DNA from: Thermoplasmata archaeon
Lineage (GTDB): Archaea; Thermoplasmatota; Thermoplasmata; Thermoplasmatales; ARK-15
Assembly (NCBI GenBank): GCA_039794005.1
Contig: JBAMMA010000006.1
Coordinates: 55,814 to 119,813 of the forward strand
Reading direction: 5' to 3'
DNA: 64,000 nt
The notes under the pieces were generated by a model. It was not told the DNA's origin. It searched no databases and saw only the letters and a program-made list of their open reading frames with translations. Below, one piece after another: positions 11,175 to 20,677 of this stretch (the first letter of the stretch is position 1; each line of letters starts with the position of its first letter). The translations under genes and the position numbers were made by a program.

Positions 11175-11359
11175 GTGTATGCGCAAACAATCATATTTTC
11201 TTCAATTTTTATGAAATATTTACATTTCTTGCATTCAATTGTAGGAACCATATCTTTATAAAGAGGGCAGTATACTTCACCTTCTTCTATTTTCCTATAC
11301 TTTGGGGCTAAAGTCTCAAAATGCTTTTCCTCATCCATCAAAAAGCATATATTAATCAT
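11165..11359 (-). CDS. Small Cys-rich hypothetical protein (possible Zn binder)
   Basis: CP-x10-CKKC-x12-C pattern; fills the folD-trm11 gap on the same strand. Confidence 0.6.
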   Translation of the reverse strand: MINICFLMDEEKHFETLAPKYRKIEEGEVYCPLYKDMVPTIECKKCKYFIKIEENMIVCAYTWE

Positions 11360-11367
11360 GGTATAAA

Positions 11368-12213
11368 TTATTTATTTTCCATCAATGAAAATGCATTTTC
11401 CACAACCTGTGATGTAACTACCATCGTGGTCACAGATCCAACACCTCCAGGCACTGGCGTTATTGATGCCTTCTTTGAAATGCTTTCAAAGTCAGCATCA
11501 CCAACAATTCTGTTATTCACAGAATTTATACCAACATCTATTATCACAGAATTTTCCCTCACCATTTCTTCCTTCAAGAAATTTGGCTTCCCGACCGCCA
11601 CCACAATTATATCCGATTCCAAGGTTTTTTCCTTTAAATTGTTTGTCTTGCTATGACAGATTCTTACCGTTGCATCCCTATTTAAAAGCAGCATTGCCAA
11701 GGGTTTTCCAACAACTTGTGTTCTATTTATTATGCAAACATCTTTTCCCTTTATATCTATTTTATAATATTCCAAGATTTTGATTACGGCCATTGGAGTT
11801 GATGGGACGTGTTTTTCATAACCTGCCATCATCATTCCTAAATTATAAGGGCTTTGACCATCACTATCCTTTCTTGGGTCTATTGCATTTAAAATCTTTT
11901 CTTTTTCAATGCTTTTTGGAAGGGGCATCTCAACCATTATTGAATGTATTTCCTCGTTTTTATTCAATTCTTCAATCTTTTTTATTATATCCAATGTTTG
12001 AACATTTTCATCAAAATATATAATTTCTGCATCTATTCCCAGTTTGTTCATATTTTTTATTTTAGATTTTGAATAAATTTCAGATGCGGGATCTTTTCCC
12101 ACCAGTATTGTTCTAAATACAGGTTTTTTATTATATCTTTTGTAAAATTCTTCGACCATCCCTTTAACATTTTCTTCCATATTTCTTGCAACGATTTTTC
12201 CATCCAATATCAT
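11368..12213 (-). CDS. folD: Methylene-THF dehydrogenase/cyclohydrolase
   Basis: MILDGK, VVGKPLA, IDVGIN, ITPVPGGVG. Confidence 0.95.
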   Translation of the reverse strand: MILDGKIVARNMEENVKGMVEEFYKRYNKKPVFRTILVGKDPASEIYSKSKIKNMNKLGIDAEIIYFDENVQTLDIIKKIEELNKNEEIHSIMVEMPLPKSIEKEKILNAIDPRKDSDGQSPYNLGMMMAGYEKHVPSTPMAVIKILEYYKIDIKGKDVCIINRTQVVGKPLAMLLLNRDATVRICHSKTNNLKEKTLESDIIVVAVGKPNFLKEEMVRENSVIIDVGINSVNNRIVGDADFESISKKASITPVPGGVGSVTTMVVTSQVVENAFSLMENK

Positions 12214-12274
12214 GGTTGGGATAATGCATTAGATATTAAAAATAGTTTATATTTTCATATACAATTTTATTATT

Positions 12275-12721
12275 ATGTTATCAGATTCGGACATATTGAA
12301 AATTATAAATAAAGGAGAATTGACCATAGAGAATTTTTGCGAAGAATGCCTAACACCCAATGGATATGATGTACGCATAAATGAATGCCTTTATGATAAT
12401 GAAAAATCGTGCAAGATACCAAAAAACAAATTTTTCATAGTATCTACGATAGAGATATTTCAATTCCCGGAAGATATTGCTGGGCAGATATGGTTAAGAA
12501 CAACATACGCCAGAAAAGGAATATTTATTTCTGGAGGTTTGATAGATGCAGGATTTAAGGGAAATTTAAACATATTTCTGTACAACTCAAATGAAGAGAT
12601 AGAATTTAAAAAATATGATAGAATAGCGCAGGTAGTGTTCTTTAAATTATCAACAAAGGCAGAAAAGGGATATTCAAAAAGGTCAGGACACTATCAGAAT
12701 CAATACGGAATAATAAGATAA
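12275..12721 (+). CDS. dcd: dCTP deaminase/dUTPase family protein
   Basis: MLSDSDI, RTTYARKG, IDAGFKG, RIAQVVF, YQNQ. Confidence 0.85.
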   Translation: MLSDSDILKIINKGELTIENFCEECLTPNGYDVRINECLYDNEKSCKIPKNKFFIVSTIEIFQFPEDIAGQIWLRTTYARKGIFISGGLIDAGFKGNLNIFLYNSNEEIEFKKYDRIAQVVFFKLSTKAEKGYSKRSGHYQNQYGIIR

Positions 12722-12779
12722 ATTTAATAAAAAGAATTAATTAACTTTATAAAAAGAAACATTAAACAAGTGAAGAGTT

Positions 12780-13211
12780 ATGTTTGAAATAACATTAAAA
12801 ATGATAAGTCCTACACCTCAGGAAAACGATATTGATAATGAATTAATTGAAATTCTATCATCTATAGGATATTTGCCAGAAACAAAGGGAAATGATAAAA
12901 ATGAAATTAAAAACAGCGTACCTTTCAAATTATTTAGGGATTGTTTTATAAACAATCCAAACAAATATTGGACTCCGGAGGAGATGATCACATTTTTAAA
13001 TACAACAAGGCCTACGGTATATAGACATTTGAATAAATTAAAATCTCTAGACCTTTTGGAAGAATTGAATGAGGGGAGAACAAAATATTACAGGTTGAGA
13101 AATGGAAGCTTTCTTGCGGCATGGAATTTTGTTGAGGCAAATGTCAGAATTGCACTTCAAAATTATAGAAAAAGGATTGAATATATTGAGAATAAAAAGG
13201 GAGGTATATAA
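12780..13211 (+). CDS. Winged-HTH transcriptional regulator
   Basis: TRPTVYRHLNKLKSLDLLE recognition helix plus wing. Confidence 0.75.
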   Translation: MFEITLKMISPTPQENDIDNELIEILSSIGYLPETKGNDKNEIKNSVPFKLFRDCFINNPNKYWTPEEMITFLNTTRPTVYRHLNKLKSLDLLEELNEGRTKYYRLRNGSFLAAWNFVEANVRIALQNYRKRIEYIENKKGGI

Positions 13212-13212
13212 C

Positions 13213-13464
13213 ATGAACCAGCTAACTAAGGGATCTAAGGTAAAAATTTATTTGATGAACGACAACATACCTGAAGTAGATGGAGAATTCGAGGGATTTT
13301 TAAACCTTGGAGAGGATTCTGCTATTTTGATAAAATCATGCAATGATAAGAAAAAGAAATATAAAATAATACCTGTTCCAGCTATTGCTTATCTTGAAGT
13401 TACAGAATTGAGTGAGGAAAAAGAGGAGGATGAATCGAACAAAAATGTCACATACTTTGCATAA
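13213..13464 (+). CDS. Small hypothetical protein, possible Sm/LSm-like beta-barrel with acidic tail
   Basis: GGAGGT RBS before ATG 13213 (track start 13102 is too long); GSKVKIYL..GEFEGF..IIPVPAIAYLEV. Confidence 0.6.
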   Translation: MNQLTKGSKVKIYLMNDNIPEVDGEFEGFLNLGEDSAILIKSCNDKKKKYKIIPVPAIAYLEVTELSEEKEEDESNKNVTYFA

Positions 13465-14425
13465 ATTTGAATTTTCAAAACTCCCAAACGTTATGGATTC
13501 CGAATCTATCATTGATATAGCATTTAAAAGGGCAAAAAAGATAGACCTGGCAAGGCATCCGGACAAAGTTGCAATGTATAGGAATTGGGACATAAACAAA
13601 TTAAAAGAAATGGAAAAAACTGTAAAGGATTTGTGCAATAACTACATTAAATCTTATCCAATAATTGAAAATCTTGACCCTTTTTACCAAGACCTTGTAA
13701 AAATATTAATTGATGTAAATAGATATAAAATATCACTTTCTTCAATTAAATGGTGCAAAAATAGGATTGTTGAACTTACTACCAAGACAGTAAAAAAACT
13801 TGAATCAACAAGGGATATGGATGATTTTAAGAATATAATGAATTCTTATTTTGGAAGGTTTTCTTCATTTGTAAAAGGCGTTGACGAATATTTAAAATAT
13901 CTTGAATATGCTAGGAAGAGGCTGAAAGACATTCCTAGTATCGATACGGATATGTTTACAGTTGTTGTTGCCGGATATCCAAACGTGGGAAAATCTGAAT
14001 TAATTAAGAGAATTTCATCAGCAAAACCTGAAGTTGCACCATACCCTTTCACAACAAAGGGGATATTGATAGGCCATAACACTATAGGAATGGTAAAAAT
14101 ACAGATCGTTGACACACCAGGCATTTTAGACAGGCCATTTGATGAGATGAATGACATGGAAAAACAAGCAATTCTTGCAATGAGGCATCTTGCAGATGTT
14201 ATAATATTTGTAATTGACCCAAGTGAAACCTGTGGATATCCAATAGAAAAGCAGGAAAAATTGCTTGAAAACATAAAGAATGATTTTAATGTCAAAATCA
14301 TCGAAGTTGAAAACAAGTCCGATTTAAAAATAAGAAACAATAATAGATTAAAGATTTCTGCTCTTAAAAACGAAAACATTGATAAATTGATGGATGAAAT
14401 AAAAAAGGTGATGGAAGGTGGATGA
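13445..14425 (+). CDS. Nog1/Obg-family GTPase
   Basis: GYPNVGKS, YPFTT, DTPGILDR, NKSD, ISAL; start uncertain. Confidence 0.9.
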   Translation: MSHTLHKFEFSKLPNVMDSESIIDIAFKRAKKIDLARHPDKVAMYRNWDINKLKEMEKTVKDLCNNYIKSYPIIENLDPFYQDLVKILIDVNRYKISLSSIKWCKNRIVELTTKTVKKLESTRDMDDFKNIMNSYFGRFSSFVKGVDEYLKYLEYARKRLKDIPSIDTDMFTVVVAGYPNVGKSELIKRISSAKPEVAPYPFTTKGILIGHNTIGMVKIQIVDTPGILDRPFDEMNDMEKQAILAMRHLADVIIFVIDPSETCGYPIEKQEKLLENIKNDFNVKIIEVENKSDLKIRNNNRLKISALKNENIDKLMDEIKKVMEGG

Positions 14426-16076
14426 TATAAGGGAATTGATAAGAAAGATTGCCGCAACAAATGCTTTGGAACATGATGGAAAAGCGGATGCAAAGGCAGT
14501 TATAGGAAAAATCGTATCTGCAAGACCAGACTTAAAAGGTAATATTAAGGAGATTATACCTATCGTTAACGAAATTGTGAATGAGATTAATTCTATTGGC
14601 ATAGAAGAGATAAAGAAAATTGGGGTATTGGAAAAAGAAAAGCAAGAAAAAAATGAAGAAAAGACTTTACCTCCTCTTCCCGATGTTAAAGGTAAGGTAA
14701 TAATGAGAATGGCCCCCTCTCCCTCCGGGCCCCTTCACATAGGGCATTCCAGAATGGCAATATTAAATGATGAATATGTAAAAATGTATGATGGCATAAA
14801 CATATTAAGGATTGAGGATACAAATCCAGGAAACGTTGAACTGGAAGCCTATGACATGATCAAAGAAGATTTAGAATGGCTAGGGGTAAAAGTGGACAAA
14901 ATTGTAATTCAGACAGATAGGTTTGATGTATACTATAAATATGCAAAAACTCTTCTGGAAATGGGGAAGGCTTACATAACACTATGCGATGAAAAGGAAT
15001 GGAGATCTTTAAAGGCTAAGCAGAAACCCTGTCCAGACAGGGATATTGATCCATCAATTCACCTTGAAAGATGGGAAAAAATGCTCTCCGGAGAATATGA
15101 AGAAAGACAGGCGGTATATGTTATTAAAACAGACCTGTCTCACCCAAATCCTGCCATTAGGGATTGGGCAGCCTTCAGAATAATTAAAAAGCCGAAACAT
15201 CCAAGGACTGGAGATAAATTCATTGTATATCCTTTGATGAATTTTTCGGTAGCCATCGATGACCATGATCTAAATTTAACACACATAATAAGGGGCAAGG
15301 ATCACCTGAACAACACTTACAGGCAGTTGTACATATATGAATATTTGAACTGGCCAAAACCTGTTTTTATACACTATGGAAAGGTAAAAATTGAAAATTC
15401 AATTTTGAAGACATCTATAATAAAAAAGGGGATTAGAAATGGGGAATACTCTGGATGGGACGATGTGAGATTGGGAACCTTAAAGGCCCTAAAGAAAAGA
15501 GGAATAAGACCGGAATCAATAAGAAAATACTGGATAGACGTTGGATTAAAAGATGTGGATATAATATTTTCATGGGAACTGTTATATTCATATAACAGGA
15601 AGATCATAGATCCTCTAACAAAAAGGTATTTTTTTGTTTCCGATCCAGTTGAATTTTCATTAATTGCAAATGTGGATTTAAAGGCAAGAATTCCTCTGCA
15701 TCCTTCAATAAAGGAATATGGTTTCAGGGAATACAGCGTGAAAAATGGTGACAAGATAATGATAACGAAAAAAGACTATGAGGATGTGAAGAATTCAGTA
15801 TTTAGGCTAAAGGATTTTGGTAATTTCAAAATTGAGGATAATAAATTAATCTTCATAAACAATGATACATCAAATCTCAAAAATATGAAGATCATACATT
15901 GGGTTCCTGGCAATTCAATTAAATGCAGAGTTTACAAGCCAGATGGAAAAATTGAGGAAGGTTATGCTGAACCATTGTCTATAAACGATGTTAATAATGT
16001 TGTGCAGTTTGAAAGGTTTGGTTTTGTAAAGTTGGAGAAAAATGATATTTTAATGGGATATTATACGCATTCTTAA
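14418..16076 (+). CDS. gltX: Glutamate-tRNA ligase (archaeal type)
   Basis: RMAPSPSGPLHIGH, RIEDTNP, RGKDH, QFERFGF. Confidence 0.96.
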   Translation: MDDIRELIRKIAATNALEHDGKADAKAVIGKIVSARPDLKGNIKEIIPIVNEIVNEINSIGIEEIKKIGVLEKEKQEKNEEKTLPPLPDVKGKVIMRMAPSPSGPLHIGHSRMAILNDEYVKMYDGINILRIEDTNPGNVELEAYDMIKEDLEWLGVKVDKIVIQTDRFDVYYKYAKTLLEMGKAYITLCDEKEWRSLKAKQKPCPDRDIDPSIHLERWEKMLSGEYEERQAVYVIKTDLSHPNPAIRDWAAFRIIKKPKHPRTGDKFIVYPLMNFSVAIDDHDLNLTHIIRGKDHLNNTYRQLYIYEYLNWPKPVFIHYGKVKIENSILKTSIIKKGIRNGEYSGWDDVRLGTLKALKKRGIRPESIRKYWIDVGLKDVDIIFSWELLYSYNRKIIDPLTKRYFFVSDPVEFSLIANVDLKARIPLHPSIKEYGFREYSVKNGDKIMITKKDYEDVKNSVFRLKDFGNFKIEDNKLIFINNDTSNLKNMKIIHWVPGNSIKCRVYKPDGKIEEGYAEPLSINDVNNVVQFERFGFVKLEKNDILMGYYTHS

Positions 16077-17239
16077 CCCTTTATCTTTTTGTTAAATTCA
16101 TCTTTTATTCTTTCTACAGCATTATCCTTGAATATGTTGATTATTGCATTGTAAACGGCATGTATTCCTATTAATAGACTTTCCTTTGCATTTTCTGGAT
16201 TTGAGGCGATTCTGAAATCATCACTATGGCCGGGTATTCCCGGATATCCAATCTTTATATCAATATGTCCGGTGGGAACTACCTTGCTAACGTTAGCTTC
16301 ATCCGTTGAACCTGAAGGAAAAGGTTTTTCCTTGTCTATTCTCCTTGGATGTATGTTTAATTTTTTTAATTCCATTTCTATGTAATCATTTATGGTTTCA
16401 TTATTCAGATAATCTGAATATAATGGTGTTATTCTCTCATACTGGCATTTTGCTCCAAAGGCATTGGATGTACTTAAAATCAAATTTTTTATTTTATTTT
16501 CAAAATCTTCTAAAAATTCTCCGGATGATGACCTCATATCTATTTCAAGGACAGCCCTTTCAGGAATAACGTTTGTAGCATATCCGCATTCCCTAAATAC
16601 CATTCCTATAACGAGATTGTCTTTAACGTTTGCTTTATCCCTAAACATGTTTATGTTGACATAACTGGCTACTGCAGCATCAAGAGCGTTTATACCCTTT
16701 TCAGGAGAATCTGCTACATGTGAAGATTTTCCTATAAATGTTGCCTTTGATGTTACATCTGCCAATGTTACGGCACCAAGGTTCCAGGAATCGTCCGGAT
16801 GCATACCAACCACAAAGTCAACATCTTTAAATGCACCCTCTTCTACCATTTTAGCCTTGCTACCAGCATATTCACCAATACCCTCCTCAGATGGGGTGCC
16901 AAAAACAACTATCTTTGCATCATTCAATATTTTGGATAGATTTATTGCAACTCCATAGGCCCAGGCGGCTATGAGATTGTGACCACAGGAATGACCATTG
17001 GGAAGGGCATCATATTCTGCCAGTATTCCAACGGAATATTTTCCTCCCCCATATTCTGCTCTAAATGCTGTCTCCATTCCCAAATATGGCTTTATCACTT
17101 TGAAATTATGTTTTGATAATTTTTCAGCGAGCAAATTAGAAGATTTATATTCCTTTGAACCTATTTCGGCAAAATCATAAATCATCCTTGATATTTCCAA
17201 AATTTCTTTTTCACAGCATATTTTAATATTAAAATCCAT
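16073..17239 (-). CDS. M20D amidohydrolase (AbgB-like)
   Basis: AEYDAL..GHSCGHNLI, GTPSEEG, GSTDEANVS. Confidence 0.85.
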   Translation of the reverse strand: MDFNIKICCEKEILEISRMIYDFAEIGSKEYKSSNLLAEKLSKHNFKVIKPYLGMETAFRAEYGGGKYSVGILAEYDALPNGHSCGHNLIAAWAYGVAINLSKILNDAKIVVFGTPSEEGIGEYAGSKAKMVEEGAFKDVDFVVGMHPDDSWNLGAVTLADVTSKATFIGKSSHVADSPEKGINALDAAVASYVNINMFRDKANVKDNLVIGMVFRECGYATNVIPERAVLEIDMRSSSGEFLEDFENKIKNLILSTSNAFGAKCQYERITPLYSDYLNNETINDYIEMELKKLNIHPRRIDKEKPFPSGSTDEANVSKVVPTGHIDIKIGYPGIPGHSDDFRIASNPENAKESLLIGIHAVYNAIINIFKDNAVERIKDEFNKKIKG

Positions 17240-17257
17240 GTTACCTGTAATATTTTT

Positions 17258-19219
17258 CTAATACCTAATTTTTACCTCTTCGTAAGCATCCCTGAGCAAT
17301 TTTAAATAATAAGGTATTGAATAGTCCACATTTTGATAACTAGATGTGGCCTTTAACGGCCTTTCAGAATATATTATGTATTTTACGTGCTCGGATGGAT
17401 ATAATAATAAATCCTTTCTATAATATTCATCTAATATTTGCTTTGTGGGCGTATTTACCAAATATTCCCAGGGATATTTGGTAATTCTTTTTTCCAAAAG
17501 CAATTTCTCTGGGTTTACATCCCTATTTTCCAGCATTTCCTTGTACTTGAAAAATAATTTATTTAGATCAATCTTTTCAACATCTTCTTTATTTTTAACA
17601 TTTTTCAATAATTCCAATGCCTCCGTTTGAAATTCTTTAATAAATTCTGGTGTATCATGCCTCCTAAGCATAATACCACGAATTTTATATTCCCCATTTA
17701 TATTATAGGCAATATATCTTCCAGGGGAACCTAAATATTGTTCGCCCTTTAATGGGATTATTTTCATCCAATAATATTTTCCAGATAGTTCAATGGGCAG
17801 TTCCGTTTCTTTTTCTATTTCTTCAACAATGCTTTCTTCCACAAAACCTGATAACCATAAGGAATCTACTATTATTGATATTACATCATACCCATGCTTT
17901 TCAACAATGTCTTTTGTCTTTATTATGATATCCCTGGCATATGCATTTATGCTTTCATGTACTTCAATGCTTCCAAATTTAGCATTCCTGTACCCTGTAT
18001 ATCCAAATGAAGTCACAAGCATCCATTTAAATGCCTTGTCTATTCCCTCTAAATCTTTGATTGTTTTCTTCAATTTTTTTATCTTTATCCTAAGATCGAG
18101 GAAATCTTCAAGCGCATATGACAAAAAACCCCTCTTTTCCATGCTAACTTTATACCCTATCTCGGGCACAATTTCACATCTTTCACATTCTGAATTGACA
18201 GTCTCCAATGAAAGGTTTTTCTTTACTATTATTGATGGATACATTGAGGTAAAATCAAGCTCAGATACCTCCCAGTATATTCCAGGAGATACCTGATATA
18301 CTAGGCCTCCTTTGTCAGATTTTATTAACATTTCGAGGCTCTTTTCCTTTTCTGGCCTCGATTTATGGTATGGAACGGCAATACCGTTTCTAAGCGCCTT
18401 TGAAACTTCCATGCTTGAAATTAATGTTCCCGGTGTAGACCTAGCTGCATATGATGGATCTAAGGAGGATATTGATGAGGATGCCAGAACACCAAAAATT
18501 CCACCTTCAGAATATATAAAGCTAGTTTTTGGATCTATAAGAGATCTTCCCCTTGGAACATAGGTCAATTCCTTGTGATATTTATAACCATAGGAAAAGT
18601 ATTCCTTTTGTCTTATTAAATTCCATCCTGGAATTCTTCCTATGTAAAATTCAACATTTCTATTTTTTGAATCATAGATCCAATTTGGCAAAATTGTATC
18701 TATATCATCCATTATCAAAATATCTGGGTCTTCTTCCATCACAATATCCATAATTTTCAAATAATCTCTCAAGGGGATGTATTTACCGTTGTATTCATAT
18801 CCCGTGCTATCTCTTTTAAATTTTATGATTTTTAATCCAGAAAAATTTGGTATTCCCCCTTTATAATCATAATAATTCAATTTATTTTCGGACAAATATC
18901 TCAATGATAACCTTATATCCACATTGTATAAATCTACCAGATAATAGTTAAAATATTTTTCAACCAAAGATGATATTTTGAAGAACGATTGTGGAACTGT
19001 TTTTATATAATATCCATCGATTTCACCGAACACCGTCTTAATTCTTTTTTTCCCCTTTTCTACGATTCCAGGGAATTCTATTTCAAATATCCTTTCAGAA
19101 ATATTTCTTTCATCGGATATTAAAAATTCCGGATAATATTTCTCTCTCTTTATTATTATCTTATCATTTTCTTTAAAGAATAATATTGCATCTCTTAATA
19201 TCTCTATTGAGACGAGCAT
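17258..19219 (-). CDS. polB2: Family B DNA polymerase, PolB2 group
   Basis: Motif A DFTSMYPSII, motif B KWMLVTSFGY, variant motif C IIVDSLW; eroded exonuclease region. Confidence 0.9.
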   Translation of the reverse strand: MLVSIEILRDAILFFKENDKIIIKREKYYPEFLISDERNISERIFEIEFPGIVEKGKKRIKTVFGEIDGYYIKTVPQSFFKISSLVEKYFNYYLVDLYNVDIRLSLRYLSENKLNYYDYKGGIPNFSGLKIIKFKRDSTGYEYNGKYIPLRDYLKIMDIVMEEDPDILIMDDIDTILPNWIYDSKNRNVEFYIGRIPGWNLIRQKEYFSYGYKYHKELTYVPRGRSLIDPKTSFIYSEGGIFGVLASSSISSLDPSYAARSTPGTLISSMEVSKALRNGIAVPYHKSRPEKEKSLEMLIKSDKGGLVYQVSPGIYWEVSELDFTSMYPSIIVKKNLSLETVNSECERCEIVPEIGYKVSMEKRGFLSYALEDFLDLRIKIKKLKKTIKDLEGIDKAFKWMLVTSFGYTGYRNAKFGSIEVHESINAYARDIIIKTKDIVEKHGYDVISIIVDSLWLSGFVEESIVEEIEKETELPIELSGKYYWMKIIPLKGEQYLGSPGRYIAYNINGEYKIRGIMLRRHDTPEFIKEFQTEALELLKNVKNKEDVEKIDLNKLFFKYKEMLENRDVNPEKLLLEKRITKYPWEYLVNTPTKQILDEYYRKDLLLYPSEHVKYIIYSERPLKATSSYQNVDYSIPYYLKLLRDAYEEVKIRY

Positions 19220-19449
19220 TTTATTTCAATCTTTTCAATTTCTTTCTCCATTTCTATCAATATTGATAAAAAAACTGCCTCAAGAGGGTCTTCAAGAGAA
19301 TATGTGGATTCTGCAGAATACCTTTTTGCCTTTTCTATGATCCTTTCAATGTATTTTTTATCCTCTGAATGCATGGCCTTCATAAACGACTGCCATCTAT
19401 CAATTATATTGTTTATTTCCTGCCTCATCGTTGAAACATTCCTACCCAT
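19204..19449 (-). CDS. PolB2-associated small helical protein (PPB2, arCOG07300-like)
   Basis: MGRNVSTMR..W..F.KAM..EDK..DPLEAVFLSILIE; overlaps the polB2 start. Confidence 0.8.
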   Translation of the reverse strand: MGRNVSTMRQEINNIIDRWQSFMKAMHSEDKKYIERIIEKAKRYSAESTYSLEDPLEAVFLSILIEMEKEIEKIEIKCSSQ

Positions 19450-19454
19450 TCACA

Positions 19455-20012
19455 TCACCCATTTTGATTATTGAAGTCAAATAAAGATAGCTGACCTGGT
19501 ATATAATAGAAGTGATAATTCTTTTCACCATATTTTATGTTGTATCCATAACTATGCTTTTCAGTGATTATGTATGGAAATTTGGATGTTATGGAAAATG
19601 GGTATGATGAAAAGAACAATGTTATGGAATTATTTTCACTTGTATATTCCACGAGACCATTAACAATTCCAGATATTAATGCATACTTTTCATCGTTCCT
19701 GAGGTCAGAATATGATATGGGGTCAAAATAATACATTAAAAGGTCATATTTATTTTTCAATTCCTTTATAATTTCAATGATCTGATAAAATGTGAAACCC
19801 CTTCTAATTTTTATTTTTATATCATTTCTGAATTTTTTAATGATGTTATATGAATGCCTTAAATTCAGAGGTGAATAATTCCCCAATATTATGTAATCTG
19901 ACATGCCAAAAATTTGTGATTCAACCAGGAGCCTATCCGAGGGAAAAATCTCAGGATTTTTTATTATGTACATCTTTCCATAATCAAATATGTCCAAAAG
20001 ATTTAAAATCAT
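19455..20012 (-). CDS. Probable inactivated RadA-like protein (iRadA) of the PolB2 operon
   Basis: IRRGFTFYQ resembles the RecA-fold RAFT.YQ segment; no Walker A; position in the operon. Confidence 0.6.
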   Translation of the reverse strand: MILNLLDIFDYGKMYIIKNPEIFPSDRLLVESQIFGMSDYIILGNYSPLNLRHSYNIIKKFRNDIKIKIRRGFTFYQIIEIIKELKNKYDLLMYYFDPISYSDLRNDEKYALISGIVNGLVEYTSENNSITLFFSSYPFSITSKFPYIITEKHSYGYNIKYGEKNYHFYYIPGQLSLFDFNNQNG

Positions 20013-20053
20013 TTTAGAATTTAAAAAACAATAATAGATTTAAAATTTTTTAA

Positions 20054-20602
20054 TCACGATAGCATAATATCCATCTGATCATATCCCACCTGCTGTAAAA
20101 GTGTTGGGTTTTCAAAGAAACCTGTACCTGTAATGTTTATTAAATATTCATAATAATATATCAAAAATATTGATTTGTGAAAATGCGGTAAATAAAATTC
20201 TTTGTATTCAAAGACTTTATACGTTCCACTGCTGTATAAAGGCATTAACGCATGCTGGAATGGAAAATATGCCTGCGCTGGAGAATCCATCTGTTGGAAA
20301 AGTATTGAAAGTGAAGAATAATTCTTTAAAGATTGGTATATTTCCTGAATATCGATTTGATATAAATTTGACTTAGAAACATTATAAATGTGAGTATAAT
20401 TTTTAATTTCATTTGTGTTATATATCTTTTCTATTGTTGATAAATTTACAAATGCTACATTTATTGGAACAACTGTAGTCTGTGGCGCATTACCCCAGAA
20501 AGTTGCATTCTTTACTGAATAATAAATTTCAAAATAAAATGCTACCACCAAAACTACCACCAAAATAATTATTATTGCCAAAATCTTCTTTAAAGACATC
20601 AT
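20054..20602 (-). CDS. Membrane-anchored/secreted hypothetical protein
   Basis: KK plus hydrophobic N-terminal anchor; several N-X-S/T sequons. Confidence 0.65.
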   Translation of the reverse strand: MMSLKKILAIIIILVVVLVVAFYFEIYYSVKNATFWGNAPQTTVVPINVAFVNLSTIEKIYNTNEIKNYTHIYNVSKSNLYQIDIQEIYQSLKNYSSLSILFQQMDSPAQAYFPFQHALMPLYSSGTYKVFEYKEFYLPHFHKSIFLIYYYEYLINITGTGFFENPTLLQQVGYDQMDIMLS

Positions 20603-20677
20603 CGTGGGTATATATTAAATTAAATTAATAAATTTTATTTTCACAAATATTTATGAACCCATCGAGGATTAAGATAT

